A DNA stretch of 63,837 nucleotides, the filler included, from Rhabdomonas costata (lineage: Eukaryota): NCBI GenBank assembly GCA_019059605.1. It is 58 parts of 58 records of this genome, joined end to end, with 100 filler letters (N's around TTAATTAATTAA, not from the genome) between each part and the next. Parts side by side here need not be neighbours in the genome. Positions count along the whole stretch, not along the records: positions 48,509 to 49,510 come from JAHMHO010034344.1; positions 49,611 to 50,612 come from JAHMHO010034345.1; positions 50,713 to 51,715 come from JAHMHO010034346.1; positions 51,816 to 52,817 come from JAHMHO010034347.1; positions 52,918 to 53,919 come from JAHMHO010034348.1; positions 54,020 to 55,021 come from JAHMHO010034349.1; positions 55,122 to 56,123 come from JAHMHO010034350.1; positions 56,224 to 57,225 come from JAHMHO010034351.1; 50 more parts are not named here. One strand, given 5' to 3'. Every line of letters starts with the position of its first letter. The stretch's first letter is position 1. The notes under the pieces were generated by a model. The model saw only the letters and a list, made by a program, of their open reading frames with translations, was not told the DNA's origin and ran no database searches. The translations under genes were made by a program, and so were the position numbers. This document shows, piece by piece, positions 49,485 to 60,631 of the stretch.

Positions 49485-50104
49485 ACCACACACACCAAAC
49501 ACACCCACACNNNNNNNNNNNNNNNNNNNNNNNNNNNNNNNNNNNNNNNNNNNNTTAATTAATTAANNNNNNNNNNNNNNNNNNNNNNNNNNNNNNNNNN
49601 NNNNNNNNNNTGGTGGACTGGAATGGGAATCAGGTACCAAGCCAGTTGATGCTCAGCAACGTTGTGGGTCAGGGAGCAGCGTGAATGCTTAAAAACTGAA
49701 CAGAGGCGACGGGGCAACGGGGGGCTTTTGATTTCAGCATTCGAAGGGCAGTGTTCGTTGACAGCAGCTTCAACCCATTAAATCCGAGGAAAGGTCGATC
49801 TGGTCATAGCTTGCCGTGATTGTGTGATCCGTACGTCCTCAGGCCCTCAGCCCAGAAGGCCGTGCAAGGTTTTGGGTTATTGTCAGGTCTTGAGGTTCAC
49901 CACCTGCTGCTTTGCTTTGCTCATGCAGTATTATGAGAAGGGCTGGATTGAAGTAGCGAACAGGTTTTTGCTTGACGCCACCCCACGCTCTACTTGTCTC
50001 CCTCAATTCCTCGCCTCATTGTTTCAGGTTTCCACATCAGACCTCTTCGCAGTCCCTTTTTTTCTTGCATTTTACAACCTGCTTCGCTTGTTTCGTAAGC
50101 GCTC

Positions 50105-50365
50105 ATGCTCCGCGGCGGACTGATGCTCGGCTTGATTGTGTGCTGTAGTTGCTTGGGCTTGTCTGCGGCCACCGATGGTGCGATGGGTGGGGGCACCTCT
50201 CTACTTTTCGCCACCGACCCCAGCATCGCTCTTCTCTCGGGGTTCACTGGGCTGGCCAACCGCACTAACTTCTCTGTGGAATTTTGGGTGAACTGGTGGA
50301 CCACGGGTACTGGGGGGTTCCCGATTACCATCGCCACCCCTGATCCTTACTTTCCGAACTTTGGG
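50105..50365 (+). CDS. First exon of a secreted protein with a LamG/pentraxin-like start
   Basis: Signal-peptide-like MLRGGLMLGLIVCCSCLGLSA, then GTSLLF...TNFSVEFWVN, ending at a GT donor. Confidence 0.55.
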
Positions 50366-51549
50366 GTTTGCTTTTTGTCTCTCAGCCGCTGGTGTATTCT
50401 CTTCACCTAGGTTCCTAGCTTATGCATTTTCTTTCCTCATTGTTTTGGTATTCACTTTTCTCCTCAATCCTGGAGATGCCCTCATTCTGTACCTATCTTT
50501 CCTAATGTCCACGTCACGACTTTTGGTCCCTTCCGTTTCCAGCACAATTTTGTTCGCAGATTGCACGAAAGTATGCGTTACAGCAAAACCCCAACCAAAC
50601 TCACCTAACACANNNNNNNNNNNNNNNNNNNNNNNNNNNNNNNNNNNNNNNNNNNNTTAATTAATTAANNNNNNNNNNNNNNNNNNNNNNNNNNNNNNNN
50701 NNNNNNNNNNNNTGTGTTGGGGTGTTGGGTGTGGTTGGGGTGTGTTTGGGTGGGGGGAGCCTTTGTTAACCCACCGGATCTGAATCGACACTTGATGTTA
50801 TTTTAATGTGTGGCTTACGCCGTAAAAGGGCATTGGTTTTTAAATAAGCATTACCATTCCTTTTGTGCATGTGTCGCGGAGGGGGGGGGGGTCAAAGAGC
50901 CATCCCGTTCGACTATTCCACTGTTCGTGCCCAAACACTCTCCGTCCTGCTCTTGCGTTGCGCGCCCCCTGCCTGCATCGGTGTGTATTGCATCGGGGGA
51001 TTTTTATGCTTCCTCTTTTTCAAACTGTGAGCTGAGGAGTGCTCGAGGGAGAAAGCAAGCGTGAGTTTGCATGGGAGGGGTGAAAAATGGCTGCACTCGC
51101 ACAGCAAAAGACGGTGGAGGTGGCTCGGCTTCTGGAGGCAATGTACGAGGCCAAGCGGAAGGACGAGGAGACCATCCAGGACTTGCTAGAGCAGAAACGG
51201 CAGCTGAAGTGTGCAACCGCCTTATGTTCATTCAGATCCGGGATTAGATTTTAGAATTGGTTTTCTTTTTGCCGTGGACGGTGTTCTTAATATTGGAGAG
51301 TAAAAGCATCGAGCTGGATCTACTCTAGAACGTGGGATGAGTGCGTGCTTTCTGTCCATATCCTTTTCATGAGGATGCAAGGGCAGCTCGTATGCTGCGG
51401 CACTTTCCTTTATTTGAAGCGGGAGTGATGGAGAATGTGAGACTGGCAGCACCCGGAAGCACCCGGAAGTAGTTTGGAGGGCAGGTTGTCACCCCACACA
51501 CACACACACACGTACAAAATGCGCGGTCTTTCTTATGCGTCACGCACAG

Positions 51550-51670
51550 GAAGCAGTACGCGGAGGATCTTGCCGATGCTCGCCGACTGAAGCAGGAGCA
51601 CAAAAAGATGGAGGCCAAGCTCCACGAGCTCACCAAAGAGCTCAGAGATACCACGGCTCAGCTACAACAG
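51550..51670 (+). CDS. Coiled-coil exon
   Basis: KQYAEDLADARRLKQEHKKMEAKLHELTKELRDTTAQLQQ between a CAG acceptor and a candidate CAG|GC donor. Confidence 0.6.
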
Positions 51671-52277
51671 GCAACCGTCTTCTCCTCGCCCTTCTCATCG
51701 CCTCTCCCCCACCCCNNNNNNNNNNNNNNNNNNNNNNNNNNNNNNNNNNNNNNNNNNNNTTAATTAATTAANNNNNNNNNNNNNNNNNNNNNNNNNNNNN
51801 NNNNNNNNNNNNNNNGCAGGCGTGACAACTTAATTAGACGTTTCGGACTCATATTTGATTTGGATTCGGTTTTGGGGTGAAATATTGTCCTTCATATGTA
51901 TTGCTCACTTTAATTCGATTCTCGGATACTCGGTTTTCTGTTGCTTTGGCGGCTGTCATGCCTGCTTGTTTCCGTAGCCTTTGGAATTGCCTTTGTGGAA
52001 TTATTGGGCTTTTGGGGAGCGGGCGTTTTACACCGCTGAACGCTGTGCGGCGGACCCATATTTTTGTTTCCCATCTGTCCCATTTGTCCCTCAAACACAG
52101 GAACGAAGTTTTGCAAAAATCAGCAAATACAATTGTCCCACATTCTGAGGTGGCACATTACATGTTCCTTGCACAGTCCAATTCGCAACTTGGCCGTTTT
52201 TTTTGCTTCCTTTTCCGCGCTATTTTTCTCCCTCTTTCCCTTTTTCTGGCTCATCAATGGTTGTCTCTCCCACCCAG

Positions 52278-52646
52278 ATCCGCGTCGTCTTCCACAGGCT
52301 TCGCAATCTGCTGGCGAACCTCAATTTCGTTGACACCACCTGTAGAAACTCCCCCCAGACTGACATGGGGGACATCCGCAAGTCAGTTTACCTGCTGATC
52401 GTCCTGGGTGCCCACATGAAGGGAATTTACTCCCTGTTCTGCGACCGCTCCCTGCACCAGAACCCCAGCCCTGAGCTCGCCGCTGAGGTGGAAGAGTGCT
52501 TTGAGCTGTACATGCAGCAGCTGAAGATCGTGGAGAACAATCAGTCCAACGTCTTCAAGGATGTGTACGGCACGGTGACTCACCACTGGGCCAAAGACAC
52601 CAGGAAGTCCCGCTCCCAAGAGCTGCAAGAGGGGGCCTTTCTGGAG
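52278..52646 (+). CDS. Exon of an unknown helical protein
   Basis: 369-nt AG..GT exon with strong GC3 bias (IRVVFHRLRNLLANLNF...ELQEGAFLE). Confidence 0.65.
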
Positions 52647-52944
52647 GTTACCCGGCTGCTGTCGGTGATTGTGCGCCGGTTGGCCCGAGCTAAGAGAGGA
52701 AAGTTTACGGCAAAAGTTAAAGAGGGTGCGACAACCTCTCCGACAAAGTCGCCAAGCGACTTCGGCACGTCTCCAGCGAAAACCGAAGCGCCCGGCATTA
52801 TCGAAGTACCACCCCACNNNNNNNNNNNNNNNNNNNNNNNNNNNNNNNNNNNNNNNNNNNNTTAATTAATTAANNNNNNNNNNNNNNNNNNNNNNNNNNN
52901 NNNNNNNNNNNNNNNNNGGTGGGGGGGGATGGGAAAAGAACTAC

Positions 52945-53005
52945 CTTGCGCGGTCACCGCGCAGAAGGCCGCCACAGCCACCACAGTGGAGAGAAGCAGG
53001 CGCAT
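52945..53005 (-). CDS. Signal-peptide-only first exon of a secreted protein
   Basis: MRLLLSTVVAVAAFCAVTAQ followed by AAG|GTAGTT. An AG lies 1 nt before the ATG. Confidence 0.6.
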
Positions 53006-53666
53006 TCTTGTGGTTTGGGGAGATTGAAATTCAGGACGAATGTGCGATAGAAGGTCAGCAACACTGATAGAGCGCACTGCGATGAAAAGGTAAAAACACA
53101 GCGGCAGCGTATACGTCACGTGGGCAAGCAAGCTTGACTTTGGTATTTGAAGCATTTTCCGGCAACTTCGGTGGATACTTTACACAACCCTGACAACAAA
53201 CACAAAAGTCGTTGCTGGTACACCGGCGTGCAGGTGGGCGGACGGTGTGCCAGCCTACAGTTCTTTCTCGCAGCAAAGACTAAGCCAAATGAAAAGCCAG
53301 TGCAAAAACAAAGGTTCTTCCAGGCCGTGTAAAGGCAGGAAGGGCCCCAAAACACCCCAAAATGGCCCCCGACGATTGGTGAATTTCCGGATGTTGGGTG
53401 AACAGGCAAGATAAGCCCACTTGGTAGAACCCCCAGAACAGCGATAAGAGAACGAACTGTAACTGTACACTCGCACAAGCAAAGAGTAATACCCCAGCTG
53501 CCGAGAAGAGTATAGAGAGGGGCTTCCGACAACGAAAGCCCATTTTCGTCCATTTGACCAAGTATCGCGAGCGCGAAAAAGGCAGGGCCGGAAGGATCGC
53601 CTTTTTGGGTGCCCTGGGTGGAAAGGAGTCGTTCGGTGCGGCAGAAGAGAGGGCTGACCAGAACGA

Positions 53667-53831
53667 CTGAATCGCGTGGCGGTCAACAGAGTTGAAGGCG
53701 TTAGAGACATCCACCTGAAGGACGTGCCACCCAGAGTGGGAGTGCAACAGCCGCTGAAGCTTTCGGCTATTCTGCTCTGTTGCACCGCGAACTGTTGGTT
53801 AAAAGAGAAAAACCCTTGGAATGAGTTCAAC
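53667..53831 (-). mobile_element. Degenerate CRE-clade-like non-LTR reverse transcriptase fragment
   Basis: FFSFNQQFAV, then a frameshift to LQRLLHSHSGWHVLQVDVSNAFNSVDRHAI. This is the QFxV...HxxWxxLQxDxSNAFNSVxR signature of early-branching restriction-endonuclease-type non-LTR elements. Confidence 0.75.
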
Positions 53832-54651
53832 AAGAACAGGAAGAAGAAAGGCAAGGAAAACCAGTGAGGATACGAATGTAGCAATGACACAAAACAGAAG
53901 GTTGGATGCACACCCAACANNNNNNNNNNNNNNNNNNNNNNNNNNNNNNNNNNNNNNNNNNNNTTAATTAATTAANNNNNNNNNNNNNNNNNNNNNNNNN
54001 NNNNNNNNNNNNNNNNNNNGGTTTTTGGGTACTCTCGAGGCAGAAAACATAGTTCGTGAAATAAAAATGTCCACGGCGATATATAAAAACGCATTGGCAC
54101 GCGTTGTTCTCGTTTTCCTATTTTCTGGTACCCCAACTTCTTGGTATTCGACATCGGGCAATCCACCCACCCGCTCCGCTCGTCGCCGTTTGCTGGGCGC
54201 TTGTTCCTTCGTTACGGTGTGCAGTCTGTGTCAGGGAGGCGGGTGCACGTGGACCGCACAGACCGGCAGGGACAGAGCCTGCTCCCCCAGCCAGCTCCAC
54301 ATTCCGAAACGACTGCTGAAGCAGTCCACCCCGGAAAGAACCTGCGCAAGCCCGATGCCCCACCACGAGTGCAGGGGTAGCCAGGGTGGAAGTAGCTTTT
54401 GGTTGCAGTCTTAATTCAAGTCGAAAGGGGATAGTGGCTTTGGTGAAAAAATGCTTTTTGAAACCCGAAAAACAGGACATCAATTCGAGCGTGAAAAAAA
54501 CGCCAGCATTCGGTTTGCTTTGAGCTTTGAGGTGCACTATGTCCCCTGCAGCCTTTGAAAGTCCTGTTCTTGTCCTTTTTGAAACACCCGACCGGCGAAG
54601 GTCCAAATATGGGCCTTTTTCATTCGCAGGGTTCAGGAAGGAAGAGCGGAC

Positions 54652-54747
54652 CTCCACCAGCCCGCTGAGAATCAGCGTGAACTGGTCGCTGTGCTGCCCC
54701 GAGGTGTATAGCGGGGCCGGCGCCGATGGAGATGTGGGAACCACAAT
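54652..54747 (-). CDS. CNNM-like cyclic-nucleotide-binding-homology domain exon
   Basis: PLYTSGQHSDQFTLILSGLVE resembles the LYxxxxxxDxFxLILxGxVE motif of CNNM metal transporters. 96-nt AG..GT exon. Confidence 0.6.
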
Positions 54748-56722
54748 CTGAACACCAGTGTTGAAAAAGTCCGGAACATACAATAGCATATAGATACAAA
54801 GATAAATACGGGAGAATACGGGAGAGCAGCGCACTTTGAGGGGAGGCACGTGGAGCACGAGTAGTCCGAAAAAAAAAAACACAAAGCAGAGGCGGGAACC
54901 TCCTGAAAAGAGACAGCGATCCTGGGAGGTAGCTCGTGAGCGGCCCCCCGACCTGTTTTCAAACCTCCCAGCAAAGGAGCCTCGAGCTCGAGGAACCATC
55001 ATCACTATCCACCCCACCACANNNNNNNNNNNNNNNNNNNNNNNNNNNNNNNNNNNNNNNNNNNNTTAATTAATTAANNNNNNNNNNNNNNNNNNNNNNN
55101 NNNNNNNNNNNNNNNNNNNNNGGTGTTTGGTTCTGAAAGTTTTTGGGCCACTGCAGGCCTGCATACTTTCGGCCGGACCTGGTCAGCATACCTAAGGGCT
55201 CAGGTGTACTTCATGCTGGCATCGAAGTGAGCCGGAATGCATGGGTTTACAGCCGCCCTAGGGGGGCCTTTACACAGGTTTGGAAGGACCGTTTTTAACT
55301 CTTGCTTTTCGTTTGGGTTTTGACAGAAAGAACTATAGGCAGGCAACCGGGCAGCCCTCCTGCACGCCGGCGTGCCAGCACTGGTTTGTTGTTTCTGGTC
55401 TTGTGCAGGGACGCCGGCGAAACCCCGGAGTGTTGAGAATCGTACCGGCGGAGTCAGCGATGAGCGAGGATGATTATGCCACCACACAGTATTCTCTATT
55501 AGCTGGTTCACAACCTGCCTCGGCACGAAGAGGTATAAGCTTCGTTGATGTGCTGAGTTATGGTCTGCAGGTGAATGTGGGCTGAATCTGGATTCAGACT
55601 TTGTGGTTTTCCCATGCGAATACAGCTTCGTGCCGTCTGGATTTCTTAGGCTGAATGCCACTCTGCTCTCTGAAGCATGGGACCACCGAGCTTGAGTTGG
55701 ACTTTGTGCCCCTCGATCGCCCTGATGCGTATTTCACAGCGCCGAAGCTGATTGAGTGTGCCTTCTGACGACGGACGCTTATGAGACGGGACGTCAAGTT
55801 GAGTGTACCATTTGCAGCACTGCGAACTCCATTGTGCTTAACAAGAGATTCGTCGTGATGCTCGTGATTCTTCGCTCCCTTTGCTTTGACCGCGCTTCAC
55901 CCACACCCGTGGCGTTTGCTCCCAGAAATGCACCCCGAATATTGTGTGAAGCTTTATTACCTGGTCGTCGTCAAAGATTGTGCGGAACTGCGAATTCAAT
56001 CAATTTCAATCAATTTTGAGAGCAGTCAGTAACTTTCCACACACAGCTCACTCAGATGTGGCGCGGGCAATTTTATGTGCAATTAAAGTATGATGCAGTC
56101 TCTCGCTGTGACCCCCCCCCCCCNNNNNNNNNNNNNNNNNNNNNNNNNNNNNNNNNNNNNNNNNNNNTTAATTAATTAANNNNNNNNNNNNNNNNNNNNN
56201 NNNNNNNNNNNNNNNNNNNNNNNTGGGACCCGCTCCTTCTGCCACAACGCCATTCCCCGGGAAAAGGTGACATAAACCTACAAAGCAAACCACCACTGAT
56301 GTATCAGCTCTGTGATCAAATGAAAATGCAAGCGGTTCTGCGATACGGTTCGCAAAAGAAAACTCCCTTGCCCTGAGCTCTGCTTTTTGCGCGAAAAAGG
56401 TGCGCACATAAACGAAACGAGGGCGGCCGGACGTTGAGATATTGGCTACGACGCTGAGACGCAGGCAACTCATTTCAGCTAAAAGTATTTTGGAATTAAG
56501 GAAGTTTACAACACATCGCAAATGATAATCTGGGGCGTGTTGCGAAATCAGCTGGGAAAAGATCTCGACCACCACCACCTTACATATCCACCCCATCTTA
56601 CTTTTGCTCATCATTCCCAGAATGCTGCAACTCAACCGTACACTGCTGCATCTGTTATCCGAGATCTTGTTCATTTTTGGATTGGAGGGTTGGTTGGTTT
56701 CAAGCAGCTTGAAGAGCATTAC

Positions 56723-56896
56723 CGTATAGGACAACACCACCACCGTGGTCAGCAACACCACCCACTCTGGAGAGGCTTGGTTCGCCAGCACCCCAACCGT
56801 GGTGCCTGCCAGGGCCATGGGCAGGAACAGGCTGATCGCCGGGAAGTCCATCAGAGGGCGGTGGCTCACTTCCGGGTTGGGATGGTGATCCGCCAC
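56723..56896 (-). CDS. TauE/SafE sulfite-exporter family exon
   Basis: HPNPEVSHRPLMDFPAISLFLPMALAGTTVGVLANQASPEWVVLL fits the eukaryotic TauE motif HP..RPLIDx......PMxLxGTxxGVxxN...PxW. Confidence 0.85.
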
Positions 56897-57065
56897 CTGA
56901 GGGGAGGGTCGAAAAGAGTATCGTGTCATGAAACGGCTGAAGTGGTTGCCAAAGTGGTTGGCACGTTGCTGGTAAGCGACGAACGAATCAGAGGAATGCT
57001 GTTCACCCGTGAACTCAGCCGATAAATGAATCGTCAGATGAGTGGGAGGGTGAGTTTATTTGTGA

Positions 57066-57217
57066 GTGTGTTAAGTGTTTTGAGCGCAAAGTGACTGACT
57101 GTTGCCAAGGCTGAGGGACGCTCGCGGGAGGCGGTGCTGTGGGGCAACGGTTCACAGCTGTGCGTCCCTCAGCCTTGGCAACAGTCAGTCACTTTGCGCT
57201 CAAAACACTTAACACAC
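57066..57217. repeat. Contig-terminal inverted repeat (56-bp perfect arms), probable fold-back chimera
   Basis: 57066-57121 pairs with 57162-57217, followed by a C/A tail. Confidence 0.9.
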
Positions 57218-58262
57218 CCACACAANNNNNNNNNNNNNNNNNNNNNNNNNNNNNNNNNNNNNNNNNNNNTTAATTAATTAANNNNNNNNNNNNNNNNNNN
57301 NNNNNNNNNNNNNNNNNNNNNNNNNGTGGTTTTGTTTTCGTTTTTGCCTTTGTAGCTGAATCGCAAAACTGGATGTAGATTTTGAATATTGGGCCCTATG
57401 GACACCCAGAAATATTTACATGGCCGTTTTCTGCTGCGAGCAATTGAGTTCGCATCCACTCTTCCTGCCTCAATCTCCAGCGCTCAAAAGTCCGGCACAC
57501 ACACAGTTTGGGGCAGCAACAGCCCCACAGATGCAAAGAGGAGAGGAGTACGGGAGAGTGCGGGCGAAAAATACAGTTTGAGGGGAGGCATGTGGCACGC
57601 GTAATTGGAAAAATCCGGCTGCGTTGAAGTTCAGTCCGTTGCTCGCAATTTACCGACCCGGCTGAAAAAAATGCGGGGCATGTGTTCAGCGCCAGTCGCG
57701 CGTCCCGGTGGTCCCCCTCGTCGTGTGTCACAGGTGTTGCTTCCTGGATTGTCAATGTTCTTGTCCGGTGGATGATGTGCTGCCGCGAGCGGATCGTTGA
57801 TCGTTATCTCACGAGGCATTGCTCTGAGTTGAGGAATTTCGTCGCTGCGGGAGGTATGGAGCGGACTGCTGAGGGCGCTTCTTGCGGAAGTGCTCCTGAG
57901 AACGAAGACGGCCTCCCTGTAGCAGAGGATGTGCGAAACTTTCGGCAAAAGCTGTGTGACCCGAAATTTTTGCGCCGCCGGCTTGGACTCCGCATGAGTC
58001 AGCCTTTAATAAGCACCATTCGCCGGCTTTGGCTGCGGCTGCCCAAGACTTCTACGGGTGGCATCGATCGCCACATCTACAACTGGTTATGTCGTTTATC
58101 TTGCTGGGCATTAGGTTCTGGTTCTTTCAGCCCTTTCTGCCCCCCCCCCCCATTCCAAGTAGTGACGGGCAAAAAATCCAAGTAGGGTGGAGTTAAATTC
58201 TGCAGAACAGGAGATCGGGGGTGGTTCATGTTCTGCAACTTTGAAAATTCTCTTGGTGGTGC

Positions 58263-58322
58263 TTGTGGAAATCTCGGGAATCTCCATAGCGATCGCTATG
58301 GAGATTCCCGAGATTTCCACAA
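58263..58322. repeat. Perfect 60-bp palindrome at contig end, probable fold-back
   Basis: Centred on GCGA|TCGC with no loop, and followed by a C/A tail. Confidence 0.9.
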
Positions 58323-58867
58323 ACCACNNNNNNNNNNNNNNNNNNNNNNNNNNNNNNNNNNNNNNNNNNNNTTAATTAATTAANNNNNNNNNNNNNNNNN
58401 NNNNNNNNNNNNNNNNNNNNNNNNNNNTGTTGTGTTGCGCCCCGTCCCGTGCCCGTCCCGTGCGACCTCCCGTCGTGCCTCTGTGCCAGTTCGGCGGTAA
58501 AGGGCAGCCGGCCCCCCCTTCGGCCCACTCAGGGACGACGTTGAGGTTCCCCCCGCTAGCGTTGTGTGCCCCAGTGAGGCCCCATTTGCATACACGGAAG
58601 GACAACCGATGAAGCAGCTGACCACCAGCTCACACAGGGCGCACTCCCTCTTTCGCCGTTTCTGTTTGTGGCCAGGTTTTGGATTAACCAGGTGTGCCGT
58701 GGGGAAAGACCCCTCCCCGCGATTCCCCGATCGCTCTTGGTGCTCTGTATGGAATCTCTGGAAGGGGTACTGCCGCACGGACCTTTTTTTGGAGGGGCAT
58801 TCTCTGAGGCCTTGCGCCTTGTGAAGCCCGAAGTTTGGTTGTGGTGATGGTGGATTTTGGCGCTCAG

Positions 58868-59137
58868 GTACGGGAAGGTGCGGTGCGTGGAGCTGCAGGG
58901 GGTGTTTGCTCACGTGGAGATGGAGACTCCGAAGGACGCCGAGAAGTGCTTGGCGATGTTCCGGGACTGGAAGAACCTCGACGGCACTCCTTTCGAGGGT
59001 ACTATAGTTGCTTTTTCATACACACACACACACCCTTCCTCTCATACTCTCGCACTTAACACCCACCTCGACCTCAACGTTTCACTTTATTGCCTTTGTT
59101 TTTCACAGTTCAGATGCATCAGCCCCGTTCTGAACGC
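58868..59137 (+). CDS. Spliced RRM protein fragment
   Basis: Exons 58868-58998 (YGKVRCVELQGVFAHVEMETPKDAEKCLAMFRDWKNLDGTPFE) and 59109-~59137 (VQMHQPRSER). Confidence 0.75.
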
Positions 59138-59179
59138 GTGTAGATGGATTTTTGAAGTTCGGATGCAACAGGCACACAC

Positions 59180-59299
59180 ACACACACACACTCTGGCCAA
59201 CAGCGCGTGCGCCAGTCAGTCCCAGTGGTCACCACCAACCAGTCAACCAGTCCACCAGGCAACAGCCAGCGCCCAATGCGCCCAACACACACACACTCT
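59180..59299 (+). mobile_element. 5'-truncated 90-bp copy of the CCCH element with a 15-bp TSD in a (CA)n tract
   Basis: 59195-59284 matches the 3' end of copy 1 (22931-23014). It is flanked by identical ACACACACACACTCT at 59180-59194 and 59285-59299. Confidence 0.8.
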
Positions 59300-59529
59300 C
59301 ACTCTCGTACATAAACTCCCCACCTCAATCACAGCCCCAGTGCATCCATCATATCGTCACCCCAATCCTCGCACATCCAGAGCCCAACCCATCCTCCGAT
59401 TTCAGATGCGCAGCATCCCACAAAAAAAANNNNNNNNNNNNNNNNNNNNNNNNNNNNNNNNNNNNNNNNNNNNTTAATTAATTAANNNNNNNNNNNNNNN
59501 NNNNNNNNNNNNNNNNNNNNNNNNNNNNN

Positions 59530-60190
59530 ACTTCGGGTACATCGCCACCACAAGCCGATGAAAGCTCTGCCGCTGCTGCTCCACGGCCTGCTTGCCCTTC
59601 TCCCACGACTCCTCCAGCGAGTTCAGCATGTGCCGAGAGGACAGCACCAGCACAGCAATCCCCAGCGCAGTGATGCCAACGGCCGTGAAGAGCACAATCA
59701 GCAGGTTCACGATGAGAGGACGCAACACCTCACTGCGGCTAATCTTCAGCACCAGGCCGGCGTTGAGCTGCGAATGTTGCCAAAAAGGAACAAAAAGAAG
59801 AAAATGCAAGAGCTAACAAAGCTGAAAGGCAAAAGTCCAAGGCAAGTTAGAGAAAAAGGGATAACAAAACCTCAGCGGAAAAGGTATACGCGGAGTAAGT
59901 AGCGTCCCCGTTGTAGTCTGTGTCAAGCTCGATCCCGGTGTCCCCACGAAGAGCCTTCAGCATCGCCGCGGCGTTATCGCCGTACACGCACTGCGTGGAG
60001 TTTCCCGCAGTGCAGTTCTTCGAAATCTCGGGAAGGTCGGACAGGAACTGCGCCGCAAAGGAGGAGTACGCTCGCCCCAACATCAGCTCCATGCTGGAAG
60101 TGTCTGCGATATTCTGAGCATCCACGTAGTCCTTGGTTTGCTGAAGACTCCGCTGCACAATCACATCATCATCCGACTTGTAGATCAATC
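59530..60190 (-). CDS. Cache-domain membrane sensor, probably a receptor nucleotide cyclase (2 exons)
   Basis: Exons 60190-59871 and 59767-59530: KALRGDTGIELDTDYNGDATYSAYTFSAE|LNAGLVLKISRSEVLRP (Cache C-terminus), then a TM helix and a coiled coil ending FHRLVVAMYPK (cyclase signalling-helix-like). Confidence 0.7.
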
Positions 60191-60631
60191 CTGAAAAAAA
60201 CGGAAATATCCATGGCCCTGACAACAGGAAGGTGCATGAAATCAAAAGTTAGCTTTCGCCGAAACGCCGTACCTAGTTCCAGCTGAGGCAGGCACACAGT
60301 TGCAGCCACAACCAGTTTGTTCCTGGGAAAGAAGGCAGCGGGCAACGCAGTGAAAGCAAGCAGCAAAAGCATCTACAAACAATGCCAAAAAGCCGAAACG
60401 GGGGCGCTACCGATAGTCCCGCATCAGGGCAGTCTTGTTGGCACAAAGAATGGCGTTCATCCGAGCTTCGTTCGAGCCAGGAGCCGTCCCACATCGAGGA
60501 GCACACTCCGATGTGAACCGCTGGGAAGAAANNNNNNNNNNNNNNNNNNNNNNNNNNNNNNNNNNNNNNNNNNNNTTAATTAATTAANNNNNNNNNNNNN
60601 NNNNNNNNNNNNNNNNNNNNNNNNNNNNNNN

